Shown here: piece after piece, positions 48,002 through 58,285 of the stretch
Position numbering within the stretch: the first letter of the stretch is position 1
How the letters are laid out: each line of letters begins with the position of its first letter
Assembly (NCBI GenBank): GCA_963666925.2
Contig: CAXXTC010000007.1
Span: forward strand, 192,001-256,000
Direction: 5' to 3'
Length of the DNA: 64,000 nt
DNA from: Phycisphaerae bacterium
GTDB taxonomy: Bacteria; Planctomycetota; Phycisphaerae; UBA1845; Fen-1342
Made by a program: the position numbers and the translations under genes
Notes under the pieces: generated by a model
The model's database searches: none
The model's input: the letters and a program-made list of their open reading frames with translations, nothing else
Told to the model about the DNA's origin: nothing

Positions 48002-48691
48002 ATGAAGAAAACTTTGTGCATGATCGCGATTCTGGGCCTGGCCACCAGCGCCATGGCCGCCACCGTGACCTACGGCTGGGAAGACGGCGGGACCATCCTC
48101 GGTTCCTATGGCAACCTGGCCGACCCGACCAATGTCAGTGGTATTCAGAGCGGCCTCACCGGCGACGTCGCTCCGGGCACTTGGTCCACCACCGGCCCCC
48201 ACGGCGGCAGCAGCTACCTGCACGTCGCCGAAGACCCCCACTCCAGCACGCCGCAGGCGTACGTGGCCTGGATCACCGGTCTCGAAGATGGTGATGTGGT
48301 CGACGGCAGCTTCTGGGGCTGGGATGATCTCGATGGCACCGAGTCCTCCTACGGCGCGCCCGCCCTGCGCATCTGGGGTCATTACGCGACCTCGAGCAGC
48401 CCCGACTACGTCGCTTCGGCCGGTGGCAGCAGCACATACTCCGAGGCCACGGTGGACGGCTGGCAAGAGCTCAGCCATAGCTGGGAGTTCGACAGCGACG
48501 GCGGTGCCCGCGACGCGCTCGTCATCGAGGTTCGCCTTTACAGCTACGGCTACACCAGTGATTCCCGCACCGATTACTGGGTCGATGATCTCACCGTCAC
48601 GGCCCCGGAAAGCGCGACCATCATCGTCGCTCCTGAGCCGGCTAGCCTGATGCTGCTTTGCCTGGCGGGTTTGTTGATTCGCCGTCGCTAA
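48002..48691 (+). CDS. PEP-CTERM sorting-domain protein
   Basis: AGGAGGAG RBS; signal peptide 'MKKTLCMIAILGLATSAMA'; C-terminus 'APEPASLMLLCLAGLLIRRR'. Confidence 0.92.
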   Translation: MKKTLCMIAILGLATSAMAATVTYGWEDGGTILGSYGNLADPTNVSGIQSGLTGDVAPGTWSTTGPHGGSSYLHVAEDPHSSTPQAYVAWITGLEDGDVVDGSFWGWDDLDGTESSYGAPALRIWGHYATSSSPDYVASAGGSSTYSEATVDGWQELSHSWEFDSDGGARDALVIEVRLYSYGYTSDSRTDYWVDDLTVTAPESATIIVAPEPASLMLLCLAGLLIRRR

Positions 48692-48736
48692 GCGCGACAA
48701 CCGAATACGAGCGTTCTTATGGGCGCTGACGATTTT

Positions 48737-48776
48737 GCGGGGCGAGCGTCTTGCCTGATGCTCGCCCCGCTTCTTT
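48737..48776 (+). terminator. Intrinsic terminator
   Basis: GCGGGGCGAGCGTC...GATGCTCGCCCCGC followed by TTCTTT. Confidence 0.65.
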
Positions 48777-48786
48777 GCGCGCCGGT

Positions 48787-49601
48787 TCAGATGGGTTCTA
48801 CCGCGCTCGCCGGCAGCCAGCCGGTCTGACCGTTGGACAGCTCGACCGCGACCCACGATCCGCGGCGATCGACGATGCGTAGCTCTATGCCCGGGCCGAG
48901 CGGCTGTTTCAGCGCCAGGTCAGAACCTTCGCCGCGGCCCAGCCGCAGCGGCACCGGCTCGTCGACGACGACCGCGGGCGGTTGCACGTGGTCGTAGTGA
49001 AGCTGGACGAGCAGCGAAGTCGCCACGGCCAGCGACATGGCAACCGCGACCAGGCCGGCCACTAGCAGCGCCGCCCGGCGCTGCCAGAGCCGCAGCAGCA
49101 GCATGCCCCAGCCCAGGATGGTAAGCGCGACGAGAGCATTCGAACGCTGCGCCGGCGACGTGTCGTAGTGCCAGACCAGCAGGTGGCGGGCGAGACGTTG
49201 CTGCCCGGTCGCGGTAATGAGCGGCTCGACCCGTTGCCGGGCATATTGGAGATTCGCCCGGAGAGTGGCGTCGTGGGGGTCGAGGGCTGCGGCCCGGCGA
49301 TAGTGCAGGATAGCCCGGCCGAGTTGCCCCAGCCGAAAGTGGACGTTCCCCAGGTTGTATTCGAGGGCCGCGCTGCACAGCCCCGCGTCGCGTAGGGCGT
49401 GGAAGCCGGCGGCGGCGGCCTGGTACTGTGCGCGGGCTGCGGTAGGGTCGTCGAACGCGTTCGCGACGGCATCGTCCATAGGCCGCGAGAGCTGCGTCGA
49501 GAATCTCGCGCTGCTGCGTTGGGGAGAGCTGATCCGTCGGCCCGGCCCAGGCGGGCCGACGCCAGCACGATAAGCGGGATGAGACATCGCAGGCGGCTCA
49601 T
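48787..49601 (-). pseudogene. batE: BatE-like TPR/SH3 protein; N-terminal signal peptide is out of frame
   Basis: 'YNLGNVHFRLGQLGRAILHYRRA..L.P.D...RANL', two TM segments, SH3-like end 'WVAVELSNGQTGWLP'; signal peptide 'MSRLRCLIPLIVLASA' lies in another frame. Confidence 0.65.
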
Positions 49602-51326
49602 TGGAGACGTTCTCGTTCCACGGTCTGGATGCAGTTCCGGGCGGCGCTGCATAGGTCAACATTGCTGGGCTGAGCGGCTCCGGCGAACGTGGCCTCCTCG
49701 CAGTCGGCCAGCAATCGTTCCCAATCTGCCGCCGCCGACTCGCCTCAGGCCCGCCTCCCGCAGTCGCTCAGCGCCAGCGGTGTCGGTGCAGCGTCCGACG
49801 GGCAGATCGAGACGGTCGGCCACATAGCCGGCCAGTGCTGCTGCCACGCCGGCGGCACGTTCCTCAGGTGGGCCGGCGGCGGCCTGCTGGAGCCGCACGC
49901 GGGCGGTGCGAGCGGCACGCTGGCGGCGCTGGCGGGCCGGATTAGACCGGCGCACCCGTACGAGCGCGACACATGCCCAGACCGCAGTGACAACCACGGG
50001 TGGGGCCAGCGTGAGCGTCAGTACCGTGGCCACGGTGGGTGGGCGACGGGTCGCCAGCAGCAGGCGCGGGCTGATCACAATGTCCGTGCAGGCCATCGAG
50101 TTTCTGGAGTTCGGTGCCGTCTGCTATGCCCGGGGCAGTGAGTTGGGTCGGCTCGGGCAGGGCCAGCTCGGCTGCCGGCTCAACCTCCAGCGTAATCGGA
50201 TCGCTGCGCGCGATTACAAACCGCTCGGCGTCGGGGTCGAAGTAGGGATATTCGATGGCCGGGATTTCCGTGATCCGGTCGTTGGTCGCGCGGATCACGA
50301 CCTCGAAGTGCCGCGTACCTGAGCGAGTTTCGCCGGCGAGCGGCTCCGTCGGCACGCGGAAGTCGCGCGTGAGCGCGGGGTCAGAGGCCAGCAGTGGCGG
50401 CGGCAGCGTGTCGAGCGGACCGGAGCCGAAGATGTCGATTGTGAGGTTGATCGGATCGCCGACGCGGACCTCGGTCGGGTTGGCGTGTGCCTCGATATCA
50501 AACAGGCCGACGGCGCCGCTGAAGTTGGCCGGCCGGTGGTCCTGTGGTACGGGCAGCACCTCGATGGCGGTGCTCTCAGGGCTGGTGCGGAGGTGGCGAT
50601 AGCCGTCGCCTGGCCGGATAGGCCAGGCCGACCCGGATATCGTGTAAATCGAGCGCCCCCGGGGTGTTCCGGGATATAGTCGGTTGCGAATTCGTAGACG
50701 TAGAAGAGCTTGTCCTTGCCGTTGATTTTGCTCTGGCGGCGGGTGACGTGGCTAGTACGCACCGGGAATGGGCCGAAATCAATCGCCTGGAGCTGCGCCA
50801 GCATGTCGCGCTCACTCAGGCGGCGCGAGCCGTAGCGGGCCGGCTGTACCCAGACCTCCATCGTGAGCTTGACGAGCTGCCCGACGTAAACGCGTTGGTG
50901 GGGCGTGACGATCGTGACGCGGAGCAATTCGTCGGCGTTGCTCGGCGCGACCTTGATAGTGCGTGGCTGCGTCTTAAGCACCTGGCCGTCAACCTGGACG
51001 GTGACCGGGGGGATTTCGAGGCTGCCAATGCGCCCCGGGACAACCTCGAAGCTGTACGTCCGCGTGTGCGAGTCGGTTCGGTGGCCGTTAATGATGCGGG
51101 TGCTTTGCATTTCCGACGGCGTGCCGGCCGCGCGGATCTGGCAGTCGGGCAGGGCCGGAAGTTTGGGCGGCTGGCACTGCTGGAAGTTGGCTACGACGAC
51201 GCGCAGCTCGAACGCCTCGCCGGCGTAGAACTCGTTCTGGCGAAACTGAAGCGTGACGCTGGGCTGGGCACGTACGGCGGCCGTACCCAGGGTGAGCAGC
51301 AGCAGAATTCCGAGGCGGAGTCGCAT
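49598..51326 (-). pseudogene. batD: BatD-like protein with several frameshifts
   Basis: Signal peptide; 'STRIING...TYSF...G.LEIPP..V.VDG', 'VYVGQ', 'P..FSGAVG.F', 'EIPAIEYPYFDP'; pieces are in ORFs 50295-51326, 49942-50559 and 49656-50096. Confidence 0.7.
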
Positions 51327-51469
51327 GGATTGGTCCCATCGTCTCTCGGGCCGCCTGTTCGGCTGGTCGGCGGCGCACCGGTGCGCATTTTACGAGGTTG
51401 CGGCAGATGCTCCAGGGGGCCAGCACACCGCAGGCCGAGTATGATGTGTGCTGGCCAGAGGAGGTGTCT

Positions 51470-51919
51470 ATGTCTGATGCGAGTCCGCCCGCGGTGCCGA
51501 CGGTGGTGGCGCTGGTATTGTGCGACCAGGTCATCGACGATCGGCTGAGCAACAAGAAGAGTGCGATCGGGATCTTCAACACGGTGGTGGTGCCACGTGT
51601 GCCAACGACGATCAGCCAGTTCTACGTGCTGGCGTCGCTGACGGAGTTCACCGGCCGGACGGAGTTGGAGCTGCGGCTGGTACGTGACGCCGACAACCAG
51701 GTACTGTTCAGCGGTCAGGGTGCGGTTGAGGCGCCCGACCCGCTGGCGATAGTGGATCTAGTGTTCGCGATGCAGGGTTTGCAGGTCACGGATGGTGGCC
51801 AGCATGCGTTCGAGTTGCTGACGGGCGGGACGCTGCTGAGTCGGCGCCGGTTTCAGGTTGTTCAGCGGCCGCCGAGCGGGCCGGCGACGTGGCCCGGCGG
51901 TGAGAAGGGCGAGGTTTGA
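51470..51919 (+). CDS. Conserved hypothetical protein (DUF6941-like)
   Basis: GGAGG RBS; 'ALVLCDQVI.D...NKKS.IGIFN'. Confidence 0.7.
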   Translation: MSDASPPAVPTVVALVLCDQVIDDRLSNKKSAIGIFNTVVVPRVPTTISQFYVLASLTEFTGRTELELRLVRDADNQVLFSGQGAVEAPDPLAIVDLVFAMQGLQVTDGGQHAFELLTGGTLLSRRRFQVVQRPPSGPATWPGGEKGEV

Positions 51920-52022
51920 CATGTTTGGGGGTCGGCGTAGAATCCGCCTGAGAAGGTACCCCCCGGGCCAAGCGGGGGCAGGACAACGGTAATCGAACGA
52001 TTGTTGATATATGGAGCGTGCA

Positions 52023-52364
52023 ATGGCCGGTCAGAACACGTTGATGATTGACGACGGCAACTTCGATTCCGAGGTGATTCAGGCCAATGTTCCGGTGCTG
52101 GTCGACTTCTGGGCGCAGTGGTGCGGTCCGTGCCAGATGATGGGTCCGATCATCGACGAGATCGCGGACGAGTACGCCGGCAAGGCCAAGGTGGCCAAGG
52201 TCGACGTCGATCAGGCTCGTGATCTGGCGGGGCGCTACGGGATCCAGAGCATTCCGACGGTGATCGTGTTCCACAACGGCGAAGCGGTCGAAAAGGTCGT
52301 TGGAGCCCGCACCAAGGCCGACTATCAGAAGATGATCGACGCCCGTCTCGGCGGTGAGCAGTAG
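52023..52364 (+). CDS. trxA: Thioredoxin
   Basis: 'PVLVDFWAQWCGPC...YGIQSIPT'. Confidence 0.96.
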   Translation: MAGQNTLMIDDGNFDSEVIQANVPVLVDFWAQWCGPCQMMGPIIDEIADEYAGKAKVAKVDVDQARDLAGRYGIQSIPTVIVFHNGEAVEKVVGARTKADYQKMIDARLGGEQ

Positions 52365-52572
52365 CAGCCGCGAGGTCTCATATTCAATCGGGTTGGGACA
52401 CGACCACCGCGGAGCGTGGCTTCCGGGGTGGCAGGATTGCAAATGTGTGAATATGAGAAATCGCTCGGGGGCCGGGGTATAATGGTTGGTTTTAGGTCTG
52501 AATATCGTTCACAGCTCGCGTGGCCACCCGATCCCATCGGTAGGAAAGGGACGCCCCGCGGGGTGGAGGTGT

Positions 52573-53340
52573 ATGAGAATGGTCGCGTGTTTCAGGAATG
52601 AACTTTTGACCGGTCGGTTCGGTCTGGTGTTGCTTGTTTCGCTGTCTCTGGTGATGTTTGGCGGATGCCCGACCCAGACAGCGGATGACGGAGGGACGAC
52701 CGATAACTCGGGGGCCGACAACTCCGGCACAGACGGGAACACAAACACCGGTAACAACCAGGGCAACGGTGACGATGCATCGGATGCTGAGCTGTTCACC
52801 CTCACCCATATCGGGTCGGTCGTGGTCGATACGGACGAGTACACGGCCAAGTCGGTAATTACCGGGACGGCCGAAATCGCCCTCACCCCGAACGAGTCGA
52901 CGACTGTCGCCGTCCCCTACACCATCAGCGTCGACATCGACGGCAAGACGGCGGACAATGGCGACCAGTACGTCTTCACGCCCGGGACGCTCGCGCTGGA
53001 GGGAACTTTGCGCTGGACCGTCGACTACACCGTTGACGGTGCTGAGCGGTGCGTCGAGGTTTCCGCGGCAGTGTTCAATGCCGACTCTCAGTTGGTGGCA
53101 ATGAGCAAGATCACCACCGCCGACGGCACCGTCGATCTGGGCACGGGGATATTCCAGGCGTTTGCCGATCAGCTCGGCGGCACCGTGGTTCCGCCGCTGG
53201 CGCTGACTGACGAGTCCTGTGATGCTCCGTATTCCTGGGAAGATACGTGGAATGTCGACGAATCGGGCGTGTTCACCGAGGCCGAGGCGACCGTAATCAT
53301 CACTCCGAAAAACTCGACAGCAGCGCGCCGCCGGTCGTAG
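52573..53340 (+). CDS. Lipoprotein of unknown function with acidic G/N/D linker
   Basis: GGAGG RBS; hydrophobic segment ending 'MFGG-C'. Confidence 0.7.
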   Translation: MRMVACFRNELLTGRFGLVLLVSLSLVMFGGCPTQTADDGGTTDNSGADNSGTDGNTNTGNNQGNGDDASDAELFTLTHIGSVVVDTDEYTAKSVITGTAEIALTPNESTTVAVPYTISVDIDGKTADNGDQYVFTPGTLALEGTLRWTVDYTVDGAERCVEVSAAVFNADSQLVAMSKITTADGTVDLGTGIFQAFADQLGGTVVPPLALTDESCDAPYSWEDTWNVDESGVFTEAEATVIITPKNSTAARRRS

Positions 53341-53460
53341 CGCCCGCGCTTGCCGCCGCTGCGCGATCTGAATTGTATCCTGGGGCGTTGTGGCCGATCA
53401 GGTTGCGACGCCTCTTGTATTATGCGATATCGTGCGCACCAACAGAGAGGATTCTTGCAG

Positions 53461-54198
53461 ATGGTTGATTGGGCGCAGTTTTTTAACTACTACGCGGATC
53501 GATATGACGCCGAGGTGTTTACTCAGAACACGGCGGCGGAAGTGGCGTTTCTACTTGAGCGGCTCGGCCTGAAGGCCGGAGCGCGCGTGCTCGACGTCGG
53601 CTGCGGCACTGGCCGACACAGCGTCGGCCTGGCGCAGAACGGGTGCGTGGTCACGGGCGTGGATATCTCGGCCGGCATGCTGGAGATCGCCCGGAAACGC
53701 GCCGCGGCGGCCGGCGTCGATATCGAGTGGGTCGAACAAAACGCGGCCGACATCGCCCGGCACGACGAGTTCGACGCGGCGATCTGCCTGTGCGAGGGCG
53801 CCCTCTGTCTGCTCGGACAGGGCGACGATGCTTTGCAACGCGATCTCGTAATCCTGGAGAATATCAACCGCGCGCTGAAGCCCGGCGGCCGGGCGATCTT
53901 TAACGTGCTGAATGCCTGCCGGATGATCCGTGCCGCACGAGACGATGATGAGTCCGCGCGGCGCTTCGACATCATGGAACTCACCGAGCTGAGTGATGTC
54001 AGTGTGCTCGCCCCGGAGTTGGAGAACCAGATCACCCTGCGCGAGCGCGGCTACACCGTGCCCGAACTGCGACGCATGCTGGCACACGTCGGCTTCGTGA
54101 ATTGCAGGATTCACGGCGGGACGGCCGGCGAATGGGGCGAACGTCCGCCAAAGCTCGACGAGTTCGAGCTGATGGCGTTCGTACAGCGATCGGTCTGA
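53461..54198 (+). CDS. Class I SAM-dependent methyltransferase
   Basis: 'VLDVGCGTGRH...VTGVDIS..ML..AR', 'LKPGG'. Confidence 0.9.
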   Translation: MVDWAQFFNYYADRYDAEVFTQNTAAEVAFLLERLGLKAGARVLDVGCGTGRHSVGLAQNGCVVTGVDISAGMLEIARKRAAAAGVDIEWVEQNAADIARHDEFDAAICLCEGALCLLGQGDDALQRDLVILENINRALKPGGRAIFNVLNACRMIRAARDDDESARRFDIMELTELSDVSVLAPELENQITLRERGYTVPELRRMLAHVGFVNCRIHGGTAGEWGERPPKLDEFELMAFVQRSV

Positions 54199-54250
54199 CG
54201 CCGCACGGGTTGCCCTTGACGACCCCGGCCGGTCGGCTCAAGCTGACCCC

Positions 54251-55108
54251 ATGAACACCTCATTGACACGCACTGCGCCGGCCAAGATCAACCTGACCCT
54301 CCGCGTCGGTGCGACCCGCCCGGACGGGTTTCACGAGATCGAGTCGCTGGTCGCGCTCGTGGAGTTTGGCGACACGCTGACCGTGACCACGGCTGAGCCC
54401 GGGCGCTATGCCCTGCAATGCGACGCGCCGGGCGTGCCGGCCGATGGATCAAACCTGGTGCTGGCCGCGGCCCGGGCACTGGTTGGAGTGGTGGGGGGGC
54501 AGCGCGGCCTCGACATCGAGCTCATCAAGGCCGTCCCACCGCAGGCCGGCCTGGGCGGCGGCAGCTCCGACGCCGCCACGATGCTCATGATCCTCAACGA
54601 GCTGTGGCAGGCCGGCCTGAGCACGGATGAGCTGGCCCGTCTGGGAGCTACGATCGGCTCCGACGTGCCGCTGTTCTTTTACGGGCCGATCTGCGTGATG
54701 CGTGGGCGCGGCGAAGTGGTGGAACGTGTGACGAACGGGCCGCGCGGGCACGTTGTCCTCGTTCTGCCGATGCAGGGTACATCCACGCCGGACGTTTACC
54801 GCGCGTGGGATCGGTTTCCGACACCGCAGCAGCGTCCGGACGTCGCAGCCCTGTTGGCCGCGGGCTCGGCCGACGAACTTATGGAGCTGGCGTTTAACGA
54901 TCTCGAATTGGCCGCGTTCGACGTCAATCCCGGCTTGGCGGAACTCGCCCGCCAAGTGGCGGAGGTCGGCGGACAGGCAGTTCGGCTCAGCGGATCGGGC
55001 TCGGCCCTGTATCGCGTATTCGACGACTACGCGTCGGCGGAAACGTTCGCCCAGCGCGTCGGCGATGCCCTGGCCGTCCGCACCATCCTGACACAGCTTC
55101 TTGTTTGA
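54251..55108 (+). CDS. ispE: 4-diphosphocytidyl-2-C-methyl-D-erythritol kinase
   Basis: 'APAKINLTL', 'DGFHEI', 'AGLGGGSSDAA', 'IGSDVP', 'LSGSGS'. Confidence 0.95.
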   Translation: MNTSLTRTAPAKINLTLRVGATRPDGFHEIESLVALVEFGDTLTVTTAEPGRYALQCDAPGVPADGSNLVLAAARALVGVVGGQRGLDIELIKAVPPQAGLGGGSSDAATMLMILNELWQAGLSTDELARLGATIGSDVPLFFYGPICVMRGRGEVVERVTNGPRGHVVLVLPMQGTSTPDVYRAWDRFPTPQQRPDVAALLAAGSADELMELAFNDLELAAFDVNPGLAELARQVAEVGGQAVRLSGSGSALYRVFDDYASAETFAQRVGDALAVRTILTQLLV

Positions 55109-55303
55109 TCAACTGGGTCGCAAATCTGCAACCGGACTGCCAGCGCCAACACGCTGTCATGCCGCTCATTTGCCAGTCGGCGGCCACTAGTCCGTCTTCG
55201 ACGAACTCGTAGCGTCTCTAAACTCCATATTGCCCCGGAAAATACGGCAGGGAGGCTGCTACGGGTAAGTAGAGCTTGATCTATCGGACGATAAGATCCA
55301 CTG

Positions 55304-55942
55304 ATGACGCCGCCGATCGACTACACCGCTGAGATTAGCCGAAAGGTGTTGCACGTAAGTTCCGCGACCAGCGCCGTGCTCTACCTGTTCGTCACGCGCG
55401 AGTGGCTGATCGGCCTGCTGGTGGGGGCGGTACTGATTGCGCTGGTGGTTGAAGTGTTGCGGAGATTGCCCGGTGCATTCGCGGGCGCATATAGCGGAGC
55501 GCTCGGGTTCATGATGCGCCCCAGCGAGTGGGATCGGCTCACCGGCGCGACCTACGCGCTGATCGGCAGCCTGCTGAGCGTCATACTCTTCCCCAAGCCG
55601 ATCGCCATCGCGGTGATATTCATCCTGAGCGTGTCGGATGCGGCTGCGTCGCTGATCGGGTTACGCTTTGGGCGGGCCCGCTTCCTGGGCAAGAGCCTGG
55701 CCGGCAGCCTGGCGTTCTTCCTGACGTCTCTGCTGATCGTGTGGGCAGTATTACCGGACGCACGCGGCGTTGGGTTCGTCGCCGCAATCATCGCGACCGT
55801 GATGGAGGCCTTGCCGACCCTGCGAATCGGCCCCGTCGAGCTCAACGACAACCTCAGCATTCCCCTCGTCACCGGGGCGGCCCTGTGGTTGATGCTCGAA
55901 CACCTGGGCGCGGGGGGCGGAATCCCGCTCGCGGTCGGCTGA
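55304..55942 (+). CDS. CTP-dependent polyprenol/phytol/diacylglycerol kinase-like membrane protein
   Basis: 'EISRKVLH', 'SDAAASLIG..FG', 'KSLAGS', 'NDNLSIP'. Confidence 0.8.
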   Translation: MTPPIDYTAEISRKVLHVSSATSAVLYLFVTREWLIGLLVGAVLIALVVEVLRRLPGAFAGAYSGALGFMMRPSEWDRLTGATYALIGSLLSVILFPKPIAIAVIFILSVSDAAASLIGLRFGRARFLGKSLAGSLAFFLTSLLIVWAVLPDARGVGFVAAIIATVMEALPTLRIGPVELNDNLSIPLVTGAALWLMLEHLGAGGGIPLAVG

Positions 55943-56228
55943 GGGACGCCGAACTCGCCCACCCTGTCAGAATGGGGGCGACCACCTGGGCGATCGGTCG
56001 CAATCATTGTTTGCCGGAACGCGGTTTCGGGGCGGAGGTGCGGGGGTTTGCCGACCGATATTGAATAGAGGCTATCCCAGATTCCCCGTGGTGCCGATTT
56101 TCGACCGGTGCCCCTCACTGGTTACAAACCAGCGCCATAGTCTTGGGATGGGGCCTGGTCAGCGATTCAGCCGCGCGAAGCGTGTGGATCGCGCTGAAAC
56201 GAATGCGCGACGCGCGCGGAGACAGGTG

Positions 56229-56945
56229 ATGGCGGAAGCGAAGAGCATCCTGGTAGTGGATGACGATCAGTTCCTGGCGGAGCTTCTGTGTCGCGTTCTG
56301 CGCGCCGCGGGGTACACGTGTGATCAGGCCACTAGCGGCGAGAGTGCGCTGGCCAGCGTAACCCGCGAGCCACCCGACCTGGTGGTGCTCGACCGCGGAC
56401 TGCCCGGTATGTCGGGGGATGACGTCGTGCGGCGGTTGCGTTCCGACCCGCGCAGCCGGGAAATCCCGGTGATCATGCTGTCCGGCATGGCGGAGGAGGA
56501 CGACGAGCTGATCGGGTTTGCGCTGGGTGCGGACGACTACGTGAGCAAGCCGTTCTCGATGAAGCTACTGCTGGCGCGCATCTCCGCGAAGCTGAGGGCA
56601 CGCGATGGCGCGGATCCAAACGAACTCGAAACGCCGCCGCGTTCGATCGTGCTGGACAAGCGCAAGTCCCGGGTGCTGGTCGATCAGGTCGCTACTCCGC
56701 TGGAACGGGTCGAGTGCCAATTGCTGGCGGCGTTGCTAGTGGCCCGGGGGCACGTGCTGCGCCGCGAGCAGCTCTGCCGGGTCGTGCACGGAGAGACCAA
56801 GGACCCCGGCACAGATGCCGAACTTGAGGGGTACATAACGGCACTGCGGCGTAAGCTGGGGCCGGCGGGCTGGTGCCTGCAACCGGTTGGCAGCGACGGC
56901 TGGGTGTTCTGCGTGCCCGCAGGGGTGAGCCGCACGACCGCTTAG
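56229..56945 (+). CDS. OmpR/PhoB-family response regulator (orphan)
   Basis: 'ILVVDDD', 'DLVVLD..LPGMSG', 'GADDYVSKPF', winged-helix end 'YI..LRRKL'. Confidence 0.88.
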   Translation: MAEAKSILVVDDDQFLAELLCRVLRAAGYTCDQATSGESALASVTREPPDLVVLDRGLPGMSGDDVVRRLRSDPRSREIPVIMLSGMAEEDDELIGFALGADDYVSKPFSMKLLLARISAKLRARDGADPNELETPPRSIVLDKRKSRVLVDQVATPLERVECQLLAALLVARGHVLRREQLCRVVHGETKDPGTDAELEGYITALRRKLGPAGWCLQPVGSDGWVFCVPAGVSRTTA

Positions 56946-56964
56946 CCCACGGGCTCAGCCCTGA

Positions 56965-57591
56965 TCAAGTGCCCGGCGGCGGGGGGATCATCATCTCGTA
57001 GGTATCGTCAGCGTTCGCATACCACGAGCCGCCGAGTCGCCCCACGGTGGTCAGACGGCGCGGGTCGATCAGTCCGTCCGCGTCGAGAATATCGTCGGCC
57101 ACGTGCAGCGCGACAATATCGCCGAAGACAACGTTGCCCCCGCCCGCCTCGTTGCCCGTGGTTATGATCTGACGCAGGCGACATTCGATATTGACCGGCG
57201 ACTCGGCCACCAGCGGCGGTTTGATCAGCTTTGCCGGCCGGGGCGTCAGCCCGGCGTATTCAAACTCGCTCTGGTCCGGCGGCAGCTCGGCCGCACAGCG
57301 GTTCATCGCCTCCGCGATCTTCGCAGACACCGTCGCGATTGCGAATTCACCGGTGTCCTTAACGTTTTGAAGCGTGTCCTTGTCGCCACCCGTGCGCCGC
57401 ACCGTCGGACAGAACAGCACCACCGGCGGGTTGCCGGAGACCATGTTGTAGAAGCTGAACGGGGCTACATTGAGCACGCCGGCAGGGGAGATAGTTGATA
57501 CCAGCGCGATCGGTCGCGGGTTGATAAAGCCAATGCAGAGCTTGTACACGTCGCGCCAGGACTTCTCCCCGCTCTCAATGTTCACGTACAT
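56965..57591 (-). CDS. Flavin reductase-like family protein
   Basis: 'PRPIALVST...N.APFSFYN', 'KDTL.NV..TGEF', 'ESPVNIEC', 'GRLGG..Y'. Confidence 0.88.
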   Translation of the reverse strand: MYVNIESGEKSWRDVYKLCIGFINPRPIALVSTISPAGVLNVAPFSFYNMVSGNPPVVLFCPTVRRTGGDKDTLQNVKDTGEFAIATVSAKIAEAMNRCAAELPPDQSEFEYAGLTPRPAKLIKPPLVAESPVNIECRLRQIITTGNEAGGGNVVFGDIVALHVADDILDADGLIDPRRLTTVGRLGGSWYANADDTYEMMIPPPPGT

Positions 57592-58063
57592 CTGTTGCTT
57601 GCTCCTGCCTCTCGGGCGGTTTCAGCTTTTTGGCGGCCTCCAACTCGGCCAGCGTGCAGACTTCCCGCAGCGGCTCTACCACAAACGGCCGGGACCACAT
57701 CCGCGGGTGCGGCACGGTCAGGTCTGGCTCGTCGATCACCCGGTCATGATATAGCAGCAGGTCGAGGTCGAGCGTTCGCGGTGCGTTGGGAACGCTCCGC
57801 TGCCGCCCCTGCTGCGCTTCAATTGATTGTAGCCGGGCCAGCAGTTCCGTCGGCGGCAGGTTCGTCTCGGCCCGCACGACGGCGTTGAGGTAGTGCTCCT
57901 GCCCGGGCGGACCACCCACCGGCTCCGTCTCGTGAAACTTCGAGCACGCCAGCACGCGCAGTTCGTCAGACGCGCCGAGCTGTTCCAGGGCGGCCCGCAG
58001 ATGTGCAGCCCGGTCGCCCAGGTTTGATCCAAGCGCGATAAACACCAGCGGCGGCCTGCTCAT
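57575..58063 (-). CDS. folK: 2-amino-4-hydroxy-6-hydroxymethyldihydropteridine diphosphokinase
   Basis: 'IALGSNLGDR', 'YLNAV', 'PRTLDLDLL', 'PHPRM..R.FV..PL'. Confidence 0.95.
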   Translation of the reverse strand: MSRPPLVFIALGSNLGDRAAHLRAALEQLGASDELRVLACSKFHETEPVGGPPGQEHYLNAVVRAETNLPPTELLARLQSIEAQQGRQRSVPNAPRTLDLDLLLYHDRVIDEPDLTVPHPRMWSRPFVVEPLREVCTLAELEAAKKLKPPERQEQATDVREH

Positions 58064-58099
58064 GTCAGAGTGCACCTTCTTGTAAGTTCCGGATCACAA

Positions 58100-58257
58100 G
58101 TGGAGCGGGCGTCCCGCCCGCCATGCCTCGATTGTGGACTGCAATCGGCGGGCGAGACGCCCGCCCCACACTTGGTGGGTGCCATGGGCAGGTTCGCCAA
58201 AGGCGAATTTGCTCGTGTGGAATACTGAATCACAGGCTATTAGCCTGTGCCACACAG
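58100..58257. repeat. REP-like cluster: an inverted pair of GTGG-palindromes plus the 27-bp element shared with 41764
   Basis: GTGGAGCGGGCGTCCCGCCCGCC (58100-58122) and inverted GGCGGGCGAGACGCCCGCCCCAC (58147-58169); CACAGGCTATTAGCCTGTGCCACACAG (58231-58257). Confidence 0.65.
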
Positions 58258-58285
58258 AGCCCCCTCGATCCTCGATCCTGCTCTC

